Of a stretch of DNA of 64,000 nt, positions 41,497-49,533 are shown in pieces; position 1 is the first letter of the stretch, and each line of letters begins with the position of its first letter. A program made the position numbers and the translations under genes. The DNA comes from a virus, in IMG/VR virus record IMGVR_UViG_3300010354_000065, positions 10,808-74,807 of that record; one strand, 5' to 3'. The notes beneath the pieces are model-generated. The model saw nothing but the letters and a program-made list of their open reading frames with translations. It was not told the DNA's origin and did no database searches.

Positions 41497-41732
41497 TATA
41501 AAGGTAGTTTGTCCGTTTTTGGAAAGTAGTTGAGAGCTTCTGCTTCGTCTTGTATACGTGCTTTCATTTTTGCACTGGAGCGAATCAAACTGCCTGCTGT
41601 CTCGATCTCCATGCCTGTTTGTTCACAATACAAAAGCACAGCTTCCATAAAATCAATTCTTTTTTCAAATGCCAACTGCTCAATCTCACGCTGAAAGTCT
41701 TTTAACGATTTAACTGGATTGAATTCTGTCAT
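41496..41732 (-). CDS. gp33: late transcription coactivator gp33
   Basis: F..EIE, MEAV..YC, K..I..EA..LN, KLPL; ATG at 41732 has AGGA SD. Confidence 0.88.
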   Translation of the reverse strand: MTEFNPVKSLKDFQREIEQLAFEKRIDFMEAVLLYCEQTGMEIETAGSLIRSSAKMKARIQDEAEALNYFPKTDKLPL

Positions 41733-42336
41733 TATTTCCTGTGTAGCGTTCGAAAGTGGGTTTAGCTCCTTCTTTGTATGGAGCATAAAAAACTCGCTGG
41801 CGAGTGTTTCTGTAGTAAACTTCATAATCTAATTCCCTAAAGTCATGGAGATGTTTCAAATCATTTTCACTTAAATTTCTGTACACATAAACACGGTCAG
41901 ATTTTTGGTTAAAAAGACTGAGTGTACGTTTTTCTTCGCTGTTGTATGCAACAGCCATTCCTTCAACCTTATCGCCAAGAAATTTTCTCAGAAAAGGAGC
42001 AATGACGACGGCAGCGATGGGTTCTATTTTCTTTGTATGCTTGATGTAGCGTGTACCAATAGCCCAGCCATTATATAGGGTCAGTCCAAACGAAGCTACA
42101 ACAGCATCATCGCGCTCGACAATGAAGAATCCTAAATCAAACCGTTGTGCTCTGATTGTGCGTGTAAGAGCTTCTTCTGTGTAGTTTTTCTTTAGCCGCT
42201 CCCCTTCGTAGCTACTCCACAAATTCCATATACGATTTACGTTCTCTTTATCAAAGGTGGTAAGGATTGTGAATTTGTAAGACTGTCCTAGAGCTTCAAA
42301 ATACTCAACCTTGTTTTTGGAAATATCGTTGGTCAT
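41710..42336 (-). CDS. hypothetical protein, possibly GNAT-like fold
   Basis: 208-aa ORF; FFIVERDDAVVASFG..TRY resembles GNAT strands (weak). Confidence 0.5.
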   Translation of the reverse strand: MTNDISKNKVEYFEALGQSYKFTILTTFDKENVNRIWNLWSSYEGERLKKNYTEEALTRTIRAQRFDLGFFIVERDDAVVASFGLTLYNGWAIGTRYIKHTKKIEPIAAVVIAPFLRKFLGDKVEGMAVAYNSEEKRTLSLFNQKSDRVYVYRNLSENDLKHLHDFRELDYEVYYRNTRQRVFYAPYKEGAKPTFERYTGNNDRIQSS

Positions 42337-42952
42337 AATATCTGTCTAAATCCTCAGGGAGAAGGTTCAAGTTTTGATAGATCAGTTGATGTCCAAGATT
42401 ATCATACTGTTCTAATCCCGTCCAAGGTGCGCCTACTGCGACTGTATACTTCTCTTCGCTTGTAAAATTATGCATACCATGTGGCCAACTACCGTCCATT
42501 ATGAATGGATCTTCAGTATCAAACAAACGGACGTGTCCGTATTTCAAAACGAAGTATAAACTGTCTGTTTTGCCTTGTAGCACAACGCGGAATTTGTGTT
42601 GTCTTGTACCAAATGCTTGTGGTGAACAGTCAATATGTTCATGATTACGTTGACCTGGTTGTGTCTTCAAAATGCTTATCCGCGTCTTCATCCCCATCCA
42701 CGGAAAGACGTGTGTTTCAAACCATTCAACAAGAGTAGGAGAAGCAAAAGGCGTCCAAACATATTCTTCTTTTGTTCGAAAGTTAGACGCCCCCTGTTCC
42801 CCTGTCTTACCGCCCATTGTCATGAGTGGCATCATGTTTGTATGTCTGTAGGCATCATAAAACCATGCCTTCTCATTGACAGCCTTTACCTCTGCAAGTG
42901 CTTTTTGTTTGTCAAGAGCAGGAAATTTCAACGAAGCCGCAAGAATATTCAT
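42305..42952 (-). CDS. 2OG-Fe(II) oxygenase, Asp/Asn beta-hydroxylase-like
   Basis: HID ... HKFR ... WPHGMHN (HxD..H facial triad). Confidence 0.7.
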   Translation of the reverse strand: MNILAASLKFPALDKQKALAEVKAVNEKAWFYDAYRHTNMMPLMTMGGKTGEQGASNFRTKEEYVWTPFASPTLVEWFETHVFPWMGMKTRISILKTQPGQRNHEHIDCSPQAFGTRQHKFRVVLQGKTDSLYFVLKYGHVRLFDTEDPFIMDGSWPHGMHNFTSEEKYTVAVGAPWTGLEQYDNLGHQLIYQNLNLLPEDLDRYYDQRYFQKQG

Positions 42953-43419
42953 GCTGCCAGTACCTCTTTCAAACGATCAGCCGCATACGAAGCAGCAAAT
43001 GCGTTTGGTTTTACCATAGGAACAATATTACACGTTCCTTTAATGTAACCAATAGCTTGCTGCACAACGCAGCTAGAACCGTACCGTTCATCGGGGTTAA
43101 TGTCCAAATGTACCTCAACATGACGGTCCTCTAACACATCAATTAAGCTCTGAAATAACTCAGATACTTTGTACACTTCATTCATTAAACGGACTGCGGG
43201 TTTGTTCTTTTTTTGATCATAATCTGGCTCTCTTTGAACTTCACCGAATATTTTACAACCATGCCGACCATCCACGTGCACAACAACTGCAAGTGTATAA
43301 TCTGCATACCAATTACGACCTTCTTTGAAGCGAACAGAATCTGCCCCAATGTAAATCTTTGTAGATGGTGATTGTTTTCTAATGAATTCTTTTACTTCTT
43401 CAATGTTCATTTTTTGCAT
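42949..43419 (-). CDS. RNase H-like YkuK (DUF458) family protein
   Basis: IYIGADS, RLMNEV, EVHLDIN, KP.AFAASYAAD. Confidence 0.85.
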   Translation of the reverse strand: MQKMNIEEVKEFIRKQSPSTKIYIGADSVRFKEGRNWYADYTLAVVVHVDGRHGCKIFGEVQREPDYDQKKNKPAVRLMNEVYKVSELFQSLIDVLEDRHVEVHLDINPDERYGSSCVVQQAIGYIKGTCNIVPMVKPNAFAASYAADRLKEVLAA

Positions 43420-43433
43420 AAAGCACCTCGCCG

Positions 43434-43507
43434 TGGAGCGGGTGAAGGGAATCGAACCCTCGTCGTAAGCTTGGAAGGCTTCTGCTCTACCATTGAGCTA
43501 CACCCGC
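43434..43507 (-). tRNA. tRNA-Gly(UCC)
   Basis: cloverleaf, loop CT-TCC-AA, encoded CCA. Confidence 0.95.
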
Positions 43508-43510
43508 TTA

Positions 43511-43681
43511 TTAATTATAACCCAAAATAATATTATCCCCAATATCAGTATCCTCATCAACAAAACAATCTTCTGTTGAAAGTATATCACAGTATTCGTT
43601 TTTTCCAATCCCCGTATTATCTTCAACTTCTTTTTTTTGTTTTATTGTTTTGGCAGCTGTAAAGCTTTGATTGAATTTCAC
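43511..43681 (-). CDS. small acidic hypothetical protein (56 aa, GTG start)
   Basis: GTG overlaps the upstream TGA; ...EYCDILSTEDCFVDEDTDIGDNIILGYN; below ORF-track cutoff. Confidence 0.5.
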   Translation of the reverse strand: MKFNQSFTAAKTIKQKKEVEDNTGIGKNEYCDILSTEDCFVDEDTDIGDNIILGYN

Positions 43682-44262
43682 ATGATTCCTTTTTGTTTGC
43701 TTATTGAAGAAAAATAATCTTCAAAAGAAAGATTTTCTTGAAATCTCAGTGATGCTATTGTTCTTTCTTTTGGTCCTGTTGACGCACGATGAAAGGAATC
43801 AACTTTAACAAAGTGTGGACGCTCAAAACAAAGACGATCAACAATAAAAGGACCTTTAACCCATTCAGGATGTGTATGACCATATCCAGGGTCGGGACGT
43901 TTTATTTCAATAACTTCCCCCTCAGCCCACTCCATAAAACAATCAACACAACCTTCAATGGGTATATTATACGCTGTGCTTTTTCCAAAAACCCTCCCAT
44001 CTTTCATACTATATAAATCTTTATGCCAGTTTTGTGTGAAAAAAGGAGGTCTTGTAAAAAGATGTAACGCAAACAATTGAGGAAGTTTGTAATATGACAG
44101 CTCATTATTAATTGTGGCACATACATCTGATGGTAAGTCTGAAGCAAATAATACGTTGGCTTGACGTTGTGGTGTTGGTGCAGCCTTTATTGATTCAAGC
44201 TTTTTTTTACAAAAAGCCTGCACAGCAGGAACAAATTCAAAATTAAACGAAAAATAATACAT
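43678..44262 (-). CDS. 2OG-Fe(II) oxygenase/cupin-like protein
   Basis: WHKD, AYNIPI, FHR, R..ASLRF pattern shared with other paralogs here. Confidence 0.6.
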   Translation of the reverse strand: MYYFSFNFEFVPAVQAFCKKKLESIKAAPTPQRQANVLFASDLPSDVCATINNELSYYKLPQLFALHLFTRPPFFTQNWHKDLYSMKDGRVFGKSTAYNIPIEGCVDCFMEWAEGEVIEIKRPDPGYGHTHPEWVKGPFIVDRLCFERPHFVKVDSFHRASTGPKERTIASLRFQENLSFEDYFSSISKQKGIM

Positions 44263-44370
44263 TTATTTTTGTAGTCTGGAAAGAACAAAATCAAACTTTT
44301 CTAACGATTTCAAAGCCAGTTGTTTTATTCTAGATTCAAAATTAAAATTGAAAGGAATACTATTTAACAT
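44263..44370 (-). pseudogene. 35-codon remnant resembling the N-terminus of the downstream oxygenase-like gene
   Basis: MLNSIPFNFNFESRIKQLALKSLEK versus MYYFSFNFEFVPAVQAFCKKKLES. Confidence 0.3.
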
Positions 44371-44408
44371 TTGGAAGCATGAAGTATGTTAGGTTACTGT
44401 TATATATC

Positions 44409-44483
44409 TGGCCCGGCCGGAGGGAATCGAACCCCCATTCGCGCTTTAGAAGAACGCTGTCCTATCCATTGAACGACGGCCAG
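44409..44483 (-). tRNA. tRNA-Arg(UCU)
   Basis: cloverleaf, loop CT-TCT-AA, CCA. Confidence 0.92.
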
Positions 44484-44487
44484 AAAA

Positions 44488-44578
44488 TGGTGCCCGGAGC
44501 CGGGATCGAACCGGCACGCCGCTTTCGCTAAACGAGAGATTTTAAGTCTCTTGTGTCTACCTATTTCACCACCCGGGC
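44488..44578 (-). tRNA. tRNA-Leu(UAA)
   Basis: AGAGA-CT-TAA-AA-TCTCT, long variable arm, CCA. Confidence 0.95.
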
Positions 44579-44583
44579 TATAC

Positions 44584-44674
44584 TGGTACCTCTGGCGAGA
44601 TTCGAACTCACATCAGCCGCTTATCTGGCGCTACGGGGTATAAATCCGCTGTTTTACCATTAAACTACAGAGGT
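44584..44674 (-). tRNA. atypical tRNA with UAU (Ile) anticodon and long variable arm
   Basis: acceptor ACCTCTG/CAGAGGT-A-CCA, loop TT-TAT-AC, 21-nt variable region. Confidence 0.8.
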
Positions 44675-45201
44675 TTTGAAACATCAAACACTAATGTTAT
44701 TCTATCTTCGTTATTTAAATTTTGTGTACCGTGCATTTTTTGCGTGTTAAAACAAAATAACGTTCCTGGTGTAATATCGCGACTACTATCCCCTACAAAA
44801 TATCGATATCTTCCTTTTATACACAAATGATACCGCTCTATTGTATGAAAATATTTTCCAGGATCTTTATGTAACGGAACCTTTTGTAATGGTTGCAGTT
44901 TAAGAAAAAAAGATCTTTGCAGGTTTACTGTGTTTTGATGTAACCAATCTAATGTTGAGGGAAATAATCCTTGAGAAAGATCTTCAACTTCTGTACTATT
45001 AAAAAAATTATCCGCTGACCTATTGGTGGTGTCAACATCACCAGGCCCAAAAAGTCTTAAGGTTTCTGTTTTTCGAAAAGCGTACAACAAATCCCCATAG
45101 TGTCTCCACAAATGAGAAGCTCGAGGGTGGACTACTTCATTTAAAATACATGATACATCGATGTTGGTTTTTTTTATTTCTATTTCAAAAGAGGGGTCCA
45201 T
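44665..45201 (-). CDS. aspartyl/asparaginyl beta-hydroxylase family oxygenase
   Basis: VPLHKD.G.YF...ERYHL, HGTQN...DRITLVFD. Confidence 0.85.
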   Translation of the reverse strand: MDPSFEIEIKKTNIDVSCILNEVVHPRASHLWRHYGDLLYAFRKTETLRLFGPGDVDTTNRSADNFFNSTEVEDLSQGLFPSTLDWLHQNTVNLQRSFFLKLQPLQKVPLHKDPGKYFHTIERYHLCIKGRYRYFVGDSSRDITPGTLFCFNTQKMHGTQNLNNEDRITLVFDVSKPL

Positions 45202-46028
45202 GTGTCTATAACTTCCTTCTTTAATTTTTGGTTGCCAGTTGCATTACACGTGTCGCACGGGACGCCACCCTTTGTTCTATTATGAAACATTAGCTTTTTA
45301 CGAATACTATTCATCTCTTCAGAAAGCCACAGCTTGTGAAAAGGTGTCGTGTTTACATTACCAAACTTTCCTGCTGCCCTTGCCCAATCATTACAACATA
45401 ACAGTAAACTACCGTCCCAGTCAACGAAAGCTTTTGTATGGGGGAGAAAGCACGGCTTATTTAAAACGTCTTGAGGAATCCCATCTGTTTTAACCGTACC
45501 AGCTCTATTTGTAAAAATTTGTATTGGAAAAGTGTACTTGGCGGAAAGGTGAATTGGTATACGATCCACAAAAGGCGCGACTTTACGCTTCCATTGTTTG
45601 TATTGCTCTTCACTATCATACACATCTACAAAGATACTAGTTACTCCTGCATCGATGAAATCCTCAATGGTGTACCAATCATCATCAAGAATCTTATCTC
45701 CATTGGTATAAATTTGTATATCGCGGATTTTACCTTTTGCGACTTTTATATGCTCAAGAATATTTTTGTTGAGTGTTGGTTCTCCCATACCAGAAAAAAC
45801 TATTCTACCTTTGTAGTTATTTTTGTACAAATCCTCTACAAGAGCAGTAATAGTATCCAGAGACATATGTAAGTTTTGATTAGGATAAATTTCTGGATCA
45901 ACACGTGGACAAAACGCACAAGTTCTATTGCATAGCTCTGTTGGATTTACTTCAACCACGGTCAGACCAATAAGAGGATCTGTTGGTTCAAAGTGTTCGA
46001 GGGTACGTATTTTATGCATTTCTTTCAT
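45180..46028 (-). CDS. radical SAM protein with SPASM/twitch domain
   Basis: CNRTCAFC, GMGEP, TNG, NRAG, PC..P, CCND, C..C. Confidence 0.92.
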   Translation of the reverse strand: MKEMHKIRTLEHFEPTDPLIGLTVVEVNPTELCNRTCAFCPRVDPEIYPNQNLHMSLDTITALVEDLYKNNYKGRIVFSGMGEPTLNKNILEHIKVAKGKIRDIQIYTNGDKILDDDWYTIEDFIDAGVTSIFVDVYDSEEQYKQWKRKVAPFVDRIPIHLSAKYTFPIQIFTNRAGTVKTDGIPQDVLNKPCFLPHTKAFVDWDGSLLLCCNDWARAAGKFGNVNTTPFHKLWLSEEMNSIRKKLMFHNRTKGGVPCDTCNATGNQKLKKEVIDTWTPLLK

Positions 46029-46043
46029 ATGTTCACTCTTTTA

Positions 46044-46135
46044 TGGCAGTGAGAGTGGGATTCGAACCCACGGTCCCGATTTCTCGAGACGACGGTTTAG
46101 CAAACCGTTGATTTAAGCCACTCATCCATCTCACT
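46044..46135 (-). tRNA. tRNA-Ser(GCU)
   Basis: ACGGT-TT-GCT-AA-ACCGT, long arm, CCA. Confidence 0.95.
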
Positions 46136-46142
46136 TTTTATT

Positions 46143-46232
46143 TGGTGGAAGCGGTGAGATTCGAACTCACGGACCCTTTCGGATCGTCTGTTTTCAAGAC
46201 AGGTGCAATAAACCGGACTCTGCCACACTTCC
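46143..46232 (-). tRNA. tRNA-Ser(UGA)
   Basis: loop CT-TGA-AA, long arm, CCA (A73). Confidence 0.93.
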
Positions 46233-46239
46233 ATTTTTT

Positions 46240-46314
46240 TGGCATCCCGCGAGGGATTCGAACCCCCACCCACGGTTTTGGAGACCGTCATGCTGCCGTT
46301 AACACCAGCGAGAT
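46240..46314 (-). tRNA. tRNA-Trp(CCA)
   Basis: ACGGT-CT-CCA-AA-ACCGT. Confidence 0.93.
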
Positions 46315-46326
46315 GTGTTGTATGTA

Positions 46327-46401
46327 TGGTGCATCGTGAGAGGATTGAACTCCCGACCTTCGCCTTGTAAGGGCGCAGCTCTACCGCTGAGCTAACGATG
46401 C
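46327..46401 (-). tRNA. tRNA-Val(UAC)
   Basis: loop CT-TAC-AA, CCA. Confidence 0.95.
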
Positions 46402-46417
46402 ATATATATTTTCATTT

Positions 46418-46969
46418 ATGAAACACGAATATTCTGAAGTTATTGATTTTCAATACGATCGCAATCTTCTTTACAAGACTGTAAAAGAGATAGTCGAAGA
46501 AAACAACCTTTTTAACAAGGCTGTTCCAATTTCTGCATTTAAAAATTTACAGAAGATTAAAATATTATCAGCTCTTAATCTTAAATTCAGAGATACCCTT
46601 TTTGACATATACATGAATAGTGTAACTGTTGCCTGTTTACAACCCAAACAAAGATCCGCTATACACGTTGATAGAGATGTTGACAACACATTTACAACGA
46701 AGGCATTGAATGTACCTGTTACAGAATGTAGCAATGTTGTAATGAACTGGTATAAGGTAAAACCAGGTGGTGTTATCAAAACTATTAGGTCTGCTCGTGG
46801 GTGGGAAATACCTGGTCTTTCTTTAGATCAGAGCGTAATAATACACTCACAAACAGCTAACAAACCTTTTTTGGTGAATCCTTCTACATTTCACGACATA
46901 ATTAATAATGGAGACAAACCAGAATTAATTATTAGTATTCGAACAGGAAACGAAAATTGGAGCGGGTAG
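46418..46969 (+). CDS. 2OG-Fe(II) oxygenase/cupin-like protein, antisense to the tRNA array
   Basis: IHVD, ALNVPV, FHDI.N, ISIR. Confidence 0.65.
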   Translation: MKHEYSEVIDFQYDRNLLYKTVKEIVEENNLFNKAVPISAFKNLQKIKILSALNLKFRDTLFDIYMNSVTVACLQPKQRSAIHVDRDVDNTFTTKALNVPVTECSNVVMNWYKVKPGGVIKTIRSARGWEIPGLSLDQSVIIHSQTANKPFLVNPSTFHDIINNGDKPELIISIRTGNENWSG

Positions 46970-47035
46970 TGGGATTCGAACCCATCACTTCGAGTTTGGA
47001 AGACTAGCGTGCTAACCGTTAAACACTATACCCGC
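46958..47035 (-). tRNA. tRNA-Gly(UCC), second copy
   Basis: loop CT-TCC-AA, U73-CCA. Confidence 0.9.
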
Positions 47036-47038
47036 AGA

Positions 47039-47112
47039 TGGTAGGGGCACCGAGAATCGAACTCGGGTTTGCTGGTTAAAAGCCAGCTACTTTACCACTA
47101 AGTTATGCCCCC
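47039..47112 (-). tRNA. tRNA-Lys(UUU)
   Basis: GCTGG-CT-TTT-AA-CCAGC. Confidence 0.95.
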
Positions 47113-47117
47113 GAAAA

Positions 47118-47191
47118 TGGTACCGGATACTGGTAACGATCCAGTGTCGCACGATTATCAGTCGTGTGCTCTACCTTTGAGCTAATCCGGT
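47118..47191 (-). tRNA. tRNA-Ile(GAU)
   Basis: CACGA-CT-GAT-AA-TCGTG; T-loop ATCGTTA. Confidence 0.92.
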
Positions 47192-47193
47192 AT

Positions 47194-47267
47194 TGGCAGA
47201 GGGTATTGGAATCGAACCAATAATAACGGAATCAAAATCCGTGGTTATACCATTTAACTAACCCCCA
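47194..47267 (-). tRNA. tRNA-Gln(UUG)
   Basis: ACGGA-TT-TTG-AT-TCCGT. Confidence 0.93.
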
Positions 47268-47276
47268 ACAAAACTA

Positions 47277-47352
47277 TGGTACCGCCTTCTGGGATCGAAC
47301 CAGATTCCACGGTTCTTCAGACCGTTGCTATGACCACATCAGCTAAAGCGGC
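47277..47352 (-). tRNA. tRNA-Phe(GAA)
   Basis: ACGGT-CT-GAA-GA-ACCGT. Confidence 0.93.
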
Positions 47353-47362
47353 TTATGATAAT

Positions 47363-47438
47363 TGGGCAGGAGAACGGGAGTTGAACCCTGTCTTACTGTT
47401 TCACAGACAGTCGTGCGCACCGGTACACTATTCCCTGC
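47363..47438 (-). tRNA. tRNA-His(GUG)
   Basis: ACTGT-CT-GTG-AA-ACAGT, G-1/C73; imperfect T-stem. Confidence 0.85.
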
Positions 47439-47444
47439 ACTGTA

Positions 47445-47520
47445 TGGAACCACCTGAGAGAGTCGAACTCCCGCCTCTTCGTTCGTAGCGAAGTGTTCTG
47501 ATCCATTGAACTAAGGTGGT
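47445..47520 (-). tRNA. tRNA-Arg(ACG)
   Basis: CTTCG-CT-ACG-AA-CGAAG. Confidence 0.95.
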
Positions 47521-47524
47521 GGAT

Positions 47525-47601
47525 TGGTGCCCAAGGAGGGATTCGAACCCACACTGTATGGCTTCTAAGACCATTGCCTCTACCAATTGCGCTACTTGGG
47601 C
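47525..47601 (-). tRNA. tRNA-Leu(UAG) with short variable loop
   Basis: ATGGT-CT-TAG-AA-GCCAT, variable region ACAGT only. Confidence 0.9.
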
Positions 47602-47616
47602 TTGCTATATACTTTT

Positions 47617-48150
47617 ATGCACAATCGCCAAACTTTTATACACACACAACGACTTGAGCAAGCAACCGCGAATATTAAAGATGACTTCTTTAGAATATAC
47701 GGCGGTGTTGATAAGCTCAAAATTATAAAGTCACCCAAGCAAGACAAAGGAGTCTCCGCTGAGTGGGTTGGATCATTTGCATACTTTCAAAAACGTAATC
47801 CTCAATGGGACCCTCTTTGTCAGTTTCGCTCACGTTTTCTCAAACCTTTTGTTGAGTCTTTTCCTCAAAACCACCTATTTGGTATATGGTTCAGTGCTAT
47901 ATTACCAGGTGGAGTTATACAGTGGCACACTGACAAATATGACGAGGGGGAAGACTATATCAGAGTACACTTGCCTCTCATTGTACCACAAGGCGACATA
48001 GGTATCACTGTAGAAGAGACAACATATAAATGGGACGAAGGTAAAGTGTTTTGTTTTGATCCTTTTGTAATGCATACCGCATGGAATAAAACAAACAACC
48101 TTCGTCTAAACTTAAATTTTAATTTTTCCAAAAAAGCTTTTATTTGTTGA
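47617..48150 (+). CDS. aspartyl/asparaginyl beta-hydroxylase family oxygenase, antisense to the tRNA array
   Basis: FS.I.PG..I.WHTD, RVHLPL.VP, W.EGK..FD...HTAWN....R; ATG at 47617. Confidence 0.88.
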   Translation: MHNRQTFIHTQRLEQATANIKDDFFRIYGGVDKLKIIKSPKQDKGVSAEWVGSFAYFQKRNPQWDPLCQFRSRFLKPFVESFPQNHLFGIWFSAILPGGVIQWHTDKYDEGEDYIRVHLPLIVPQGDIGITVEETTYKWDEGKVFCFDPFVMHTAWNKTNNLRLNLNFNFSKKAFIC

Positions 48151-48318
48151 AAGCACTCCAGTCTGTTTAAGGATCCGGTGATCCCCTCTTATCTTTGCTA
48201 TACGCTCAAAAGCCCTAGTGCCACCACAGCACATCGAGGGACTCGATAGAGGTCGGTATTACCTTTGGAGTCAGGCAGCTGGTTAGGCTTTTTGCTCACA
48301 GGCTTTCAACAAATAAAA
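48138..48318 (-). ncRNA. structured RNA element A in the tRNA array
   Basis: perfect 17-bp terminal inverted repeat TTTTATTTGTTGAAAGC/GCTTTCAACAAATAAAA enclosing several helices (ACTCCA/TGGAGT, ATCGAG/CTCGAT, AAAAGCC/GGCTTTT). Confidence 0.65.
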
Positions 48319-48320
48319 CA

Positions 48321-48398
<78 letters not shown>

Positions 48399-48403
48399 AA
48401 TAG

Positions 48404-48604
48404 GATTTGCAAGTAGTGCCACCACGTTATTGGCACCATTCACCCGATTATACTAGTCCGGACGGGAGTCGGTAAGTCACTTGAAATACTCAACACAGTG
48501 TCCCTTATTTTTTGCTAGGGATTCGCGCCCCCCACTGCTTTACTCTATTTGGCTCTTCGAAGTAACCTTATAGAGTGTCTTTCTCCTGCTGACACTTGCA
48601 AAAC
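48404..48604 (-). ncRNA. structured RNA element B in the tRNA array
   Basis: closing helix TTTGCAAGT/ACTTGCAAA; internal GTGTC/GACAC, ACTCTAT/ATAGAGT, GTGCCA/TGGCAC, TCCCT/AGGGA. Confidence 0.6.
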
Positions 48605-48605
48605 T

Positions 48606-48682
48606 TGGCTGGCCTGGTAGGGATCGAACCCACGACATCTTGATTAACAGTCAAGCGCAACTACCAACTGTGCTACAGGCCA
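48606..48682 (-). tRNA. tRNA-Asn(GUU)
   Basis: CTTGA-CT-GTT-AA-TCAAG. Confidence 0.95.
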
Positions 48683-48693
48683 ATATTCAACAT

Positions 48694-48767
48694 TGGTGCC
48701 CCCACCATGAATCGAACAAGGAATTGATGCTTACAAGGCAACTGTTATACCATTTAACTATAGGGGC
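48694..48767 (-). tRNA. tRNA-Thr(UGU)
   Basis: loop CT-TGT-AA, CCA. Confidence 0.9.
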
Positions 48768-48785
48768 AAATCTTTTCTACTTATT

Positions 48786-48861
48786 TGGTCTCCGACACTG
48801 GACTCGAACCAGCACCTTCTGCACCCCAAATGCAGTGGACTACCTATTATCCCAATCGGAG
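48786..48861 (-). tRNA. tRNA-Pro(UGG)
   Basis: CTGCA-TT-TGG-GG-TGCAG. Confidence 0.93.
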
Positions 48862-48865
48862 GTAT

Positions 48866-48939
48866 TGGTAGCAGGTCGGGGTAACGCTCCCCGCTCGGAT
48901 GGGCTTATGAGACCCACCGGATCACTTGATCTACCTGCA
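48866..48939 (-). tRNA. atypical tRNA-Met(CAU), initiator-like
   Basis: 1:72 mismatch, GGG/CCC in the anticodon stem, very short D-arm, T-loop AGCGTTA. Confidence 0.75.
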
Positions 48940-48946
48940 ATTGTTT

Positions 48947-49021
48947 TGGTGGACCGCTGGAGAATCGAACTCCAACCTCCGCCGTGCAAAGGCGGCGTGC
49001 TCCCATTATCACTAGCAGCCC
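48947..49021 (-). tRNA. tRNA-Ala(UGC)
   Basis: CCGCC-TT-TGC-AC-GGCGG, G3:U70. Confidence 0.95.
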
Positions 49022-49024
49022 TTT

Positions 49025-49099
49025 TGGCGGTTTCAAGGGGTAACGATCCCCTTCTTCATGCGTGACAGGCATGCGTGCGTCCATGAACACTTTGAAACC
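49025..49099 (-). tRNA. tRNA-Asp(GUC)
   Basis: CATGC-CT-GTC-AC-GCATG; T-loop ATCGTTA. Confidence 0.92.
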
Positions 49100-49176
49100 T
49101 TATAGAAGCACATTACTGTTAACCTTGCCTCAACTCTTGTGTTAAGGATCCAAAGGATAATGTGCTTTTATAAGGT
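49097..49176. ncRNA. structured element C (long hairpin)
   Basis: 19-bp inverted repeat ACCTTATAGAAGCACATTA/TAATGTGCTTTTATAAGGT with one non-Watson-Crick pair around a 42-nt loop. Confidence 0.55.
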
Positions 49177-49350
49177 GTAGGCTACGTTTCCACATCGCCC
49201 CTACTTGAGTTGACACCCTGTCGTCACCTTTGCTTCTTCGGCTGTGTGAATCATCCTAGCAGTTCCTAAGTTGTTTAGACTTGCTAACGGTGTACTGCCA
49301 CCGGGAATCTACGTTTATCCATCGCCTCTGTCACGCCGAGGAAGCGGGAT
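49176..49350. ncRNA. structured element D
   Basis: GCTTCTTCGGC/GCCGAGGAAGC helix, CGGTG/CACCG, TAGCA/TGCTA, GTAGG/CCTAC; duplicated motif GGCGATG-N3-AAACGTAG on the minus strand. Confidence 0.55.
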
Positions 49351-49352
49351 TA

Positions 49353-49445
49353 TGGTGGAGGTCCACGGATTCGAACCGCGAATGTTTACCACGAGGGACC
49401 GGATTTACAGTCCAGTGCAGCACACGCCATAGCTGCAAGACCTCC
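49353..49445 (-). tRNA. tRNA-Tyr(GUA)
   Basis: CTGGA-CT-GTA-AA-TCCGG, long arm, extended D-stem GCAGC/GCTGC. Confidence 0.9.
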
Positions 49446-49452
49446 TAAAAAC

Positions 49453-49530
49453 TGGAGTACCGGGTCAGATTCGAACTGACGGTTGTAGAGTTTTGCAGAC
49501 TCTTGCATTGGGCCACTCTGCCACCGATAC
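49453..49530 (-). tRNA. tRNA-Cys(GCA)
   Basis: AGAGT-CT-GCA-AA-ACTCT, U73. Confidence 0.95.
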
Positions 49531-49533
49531 ATT

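Noticed and set aside
41733-41825. N-terminal extension of gp33 in the ORF track
   Set aside because: Overlaps the upstream gene; the SD and family length support ATG 41732
43511-43681. 56-aa Cys-containing peptide as a RiPP precursor for the radical SAM/SPASM enzyme
   Set aside because: Not adjacent to the enzyme, no RRE, protease or transporter seen, no recognisable leader/core pattern
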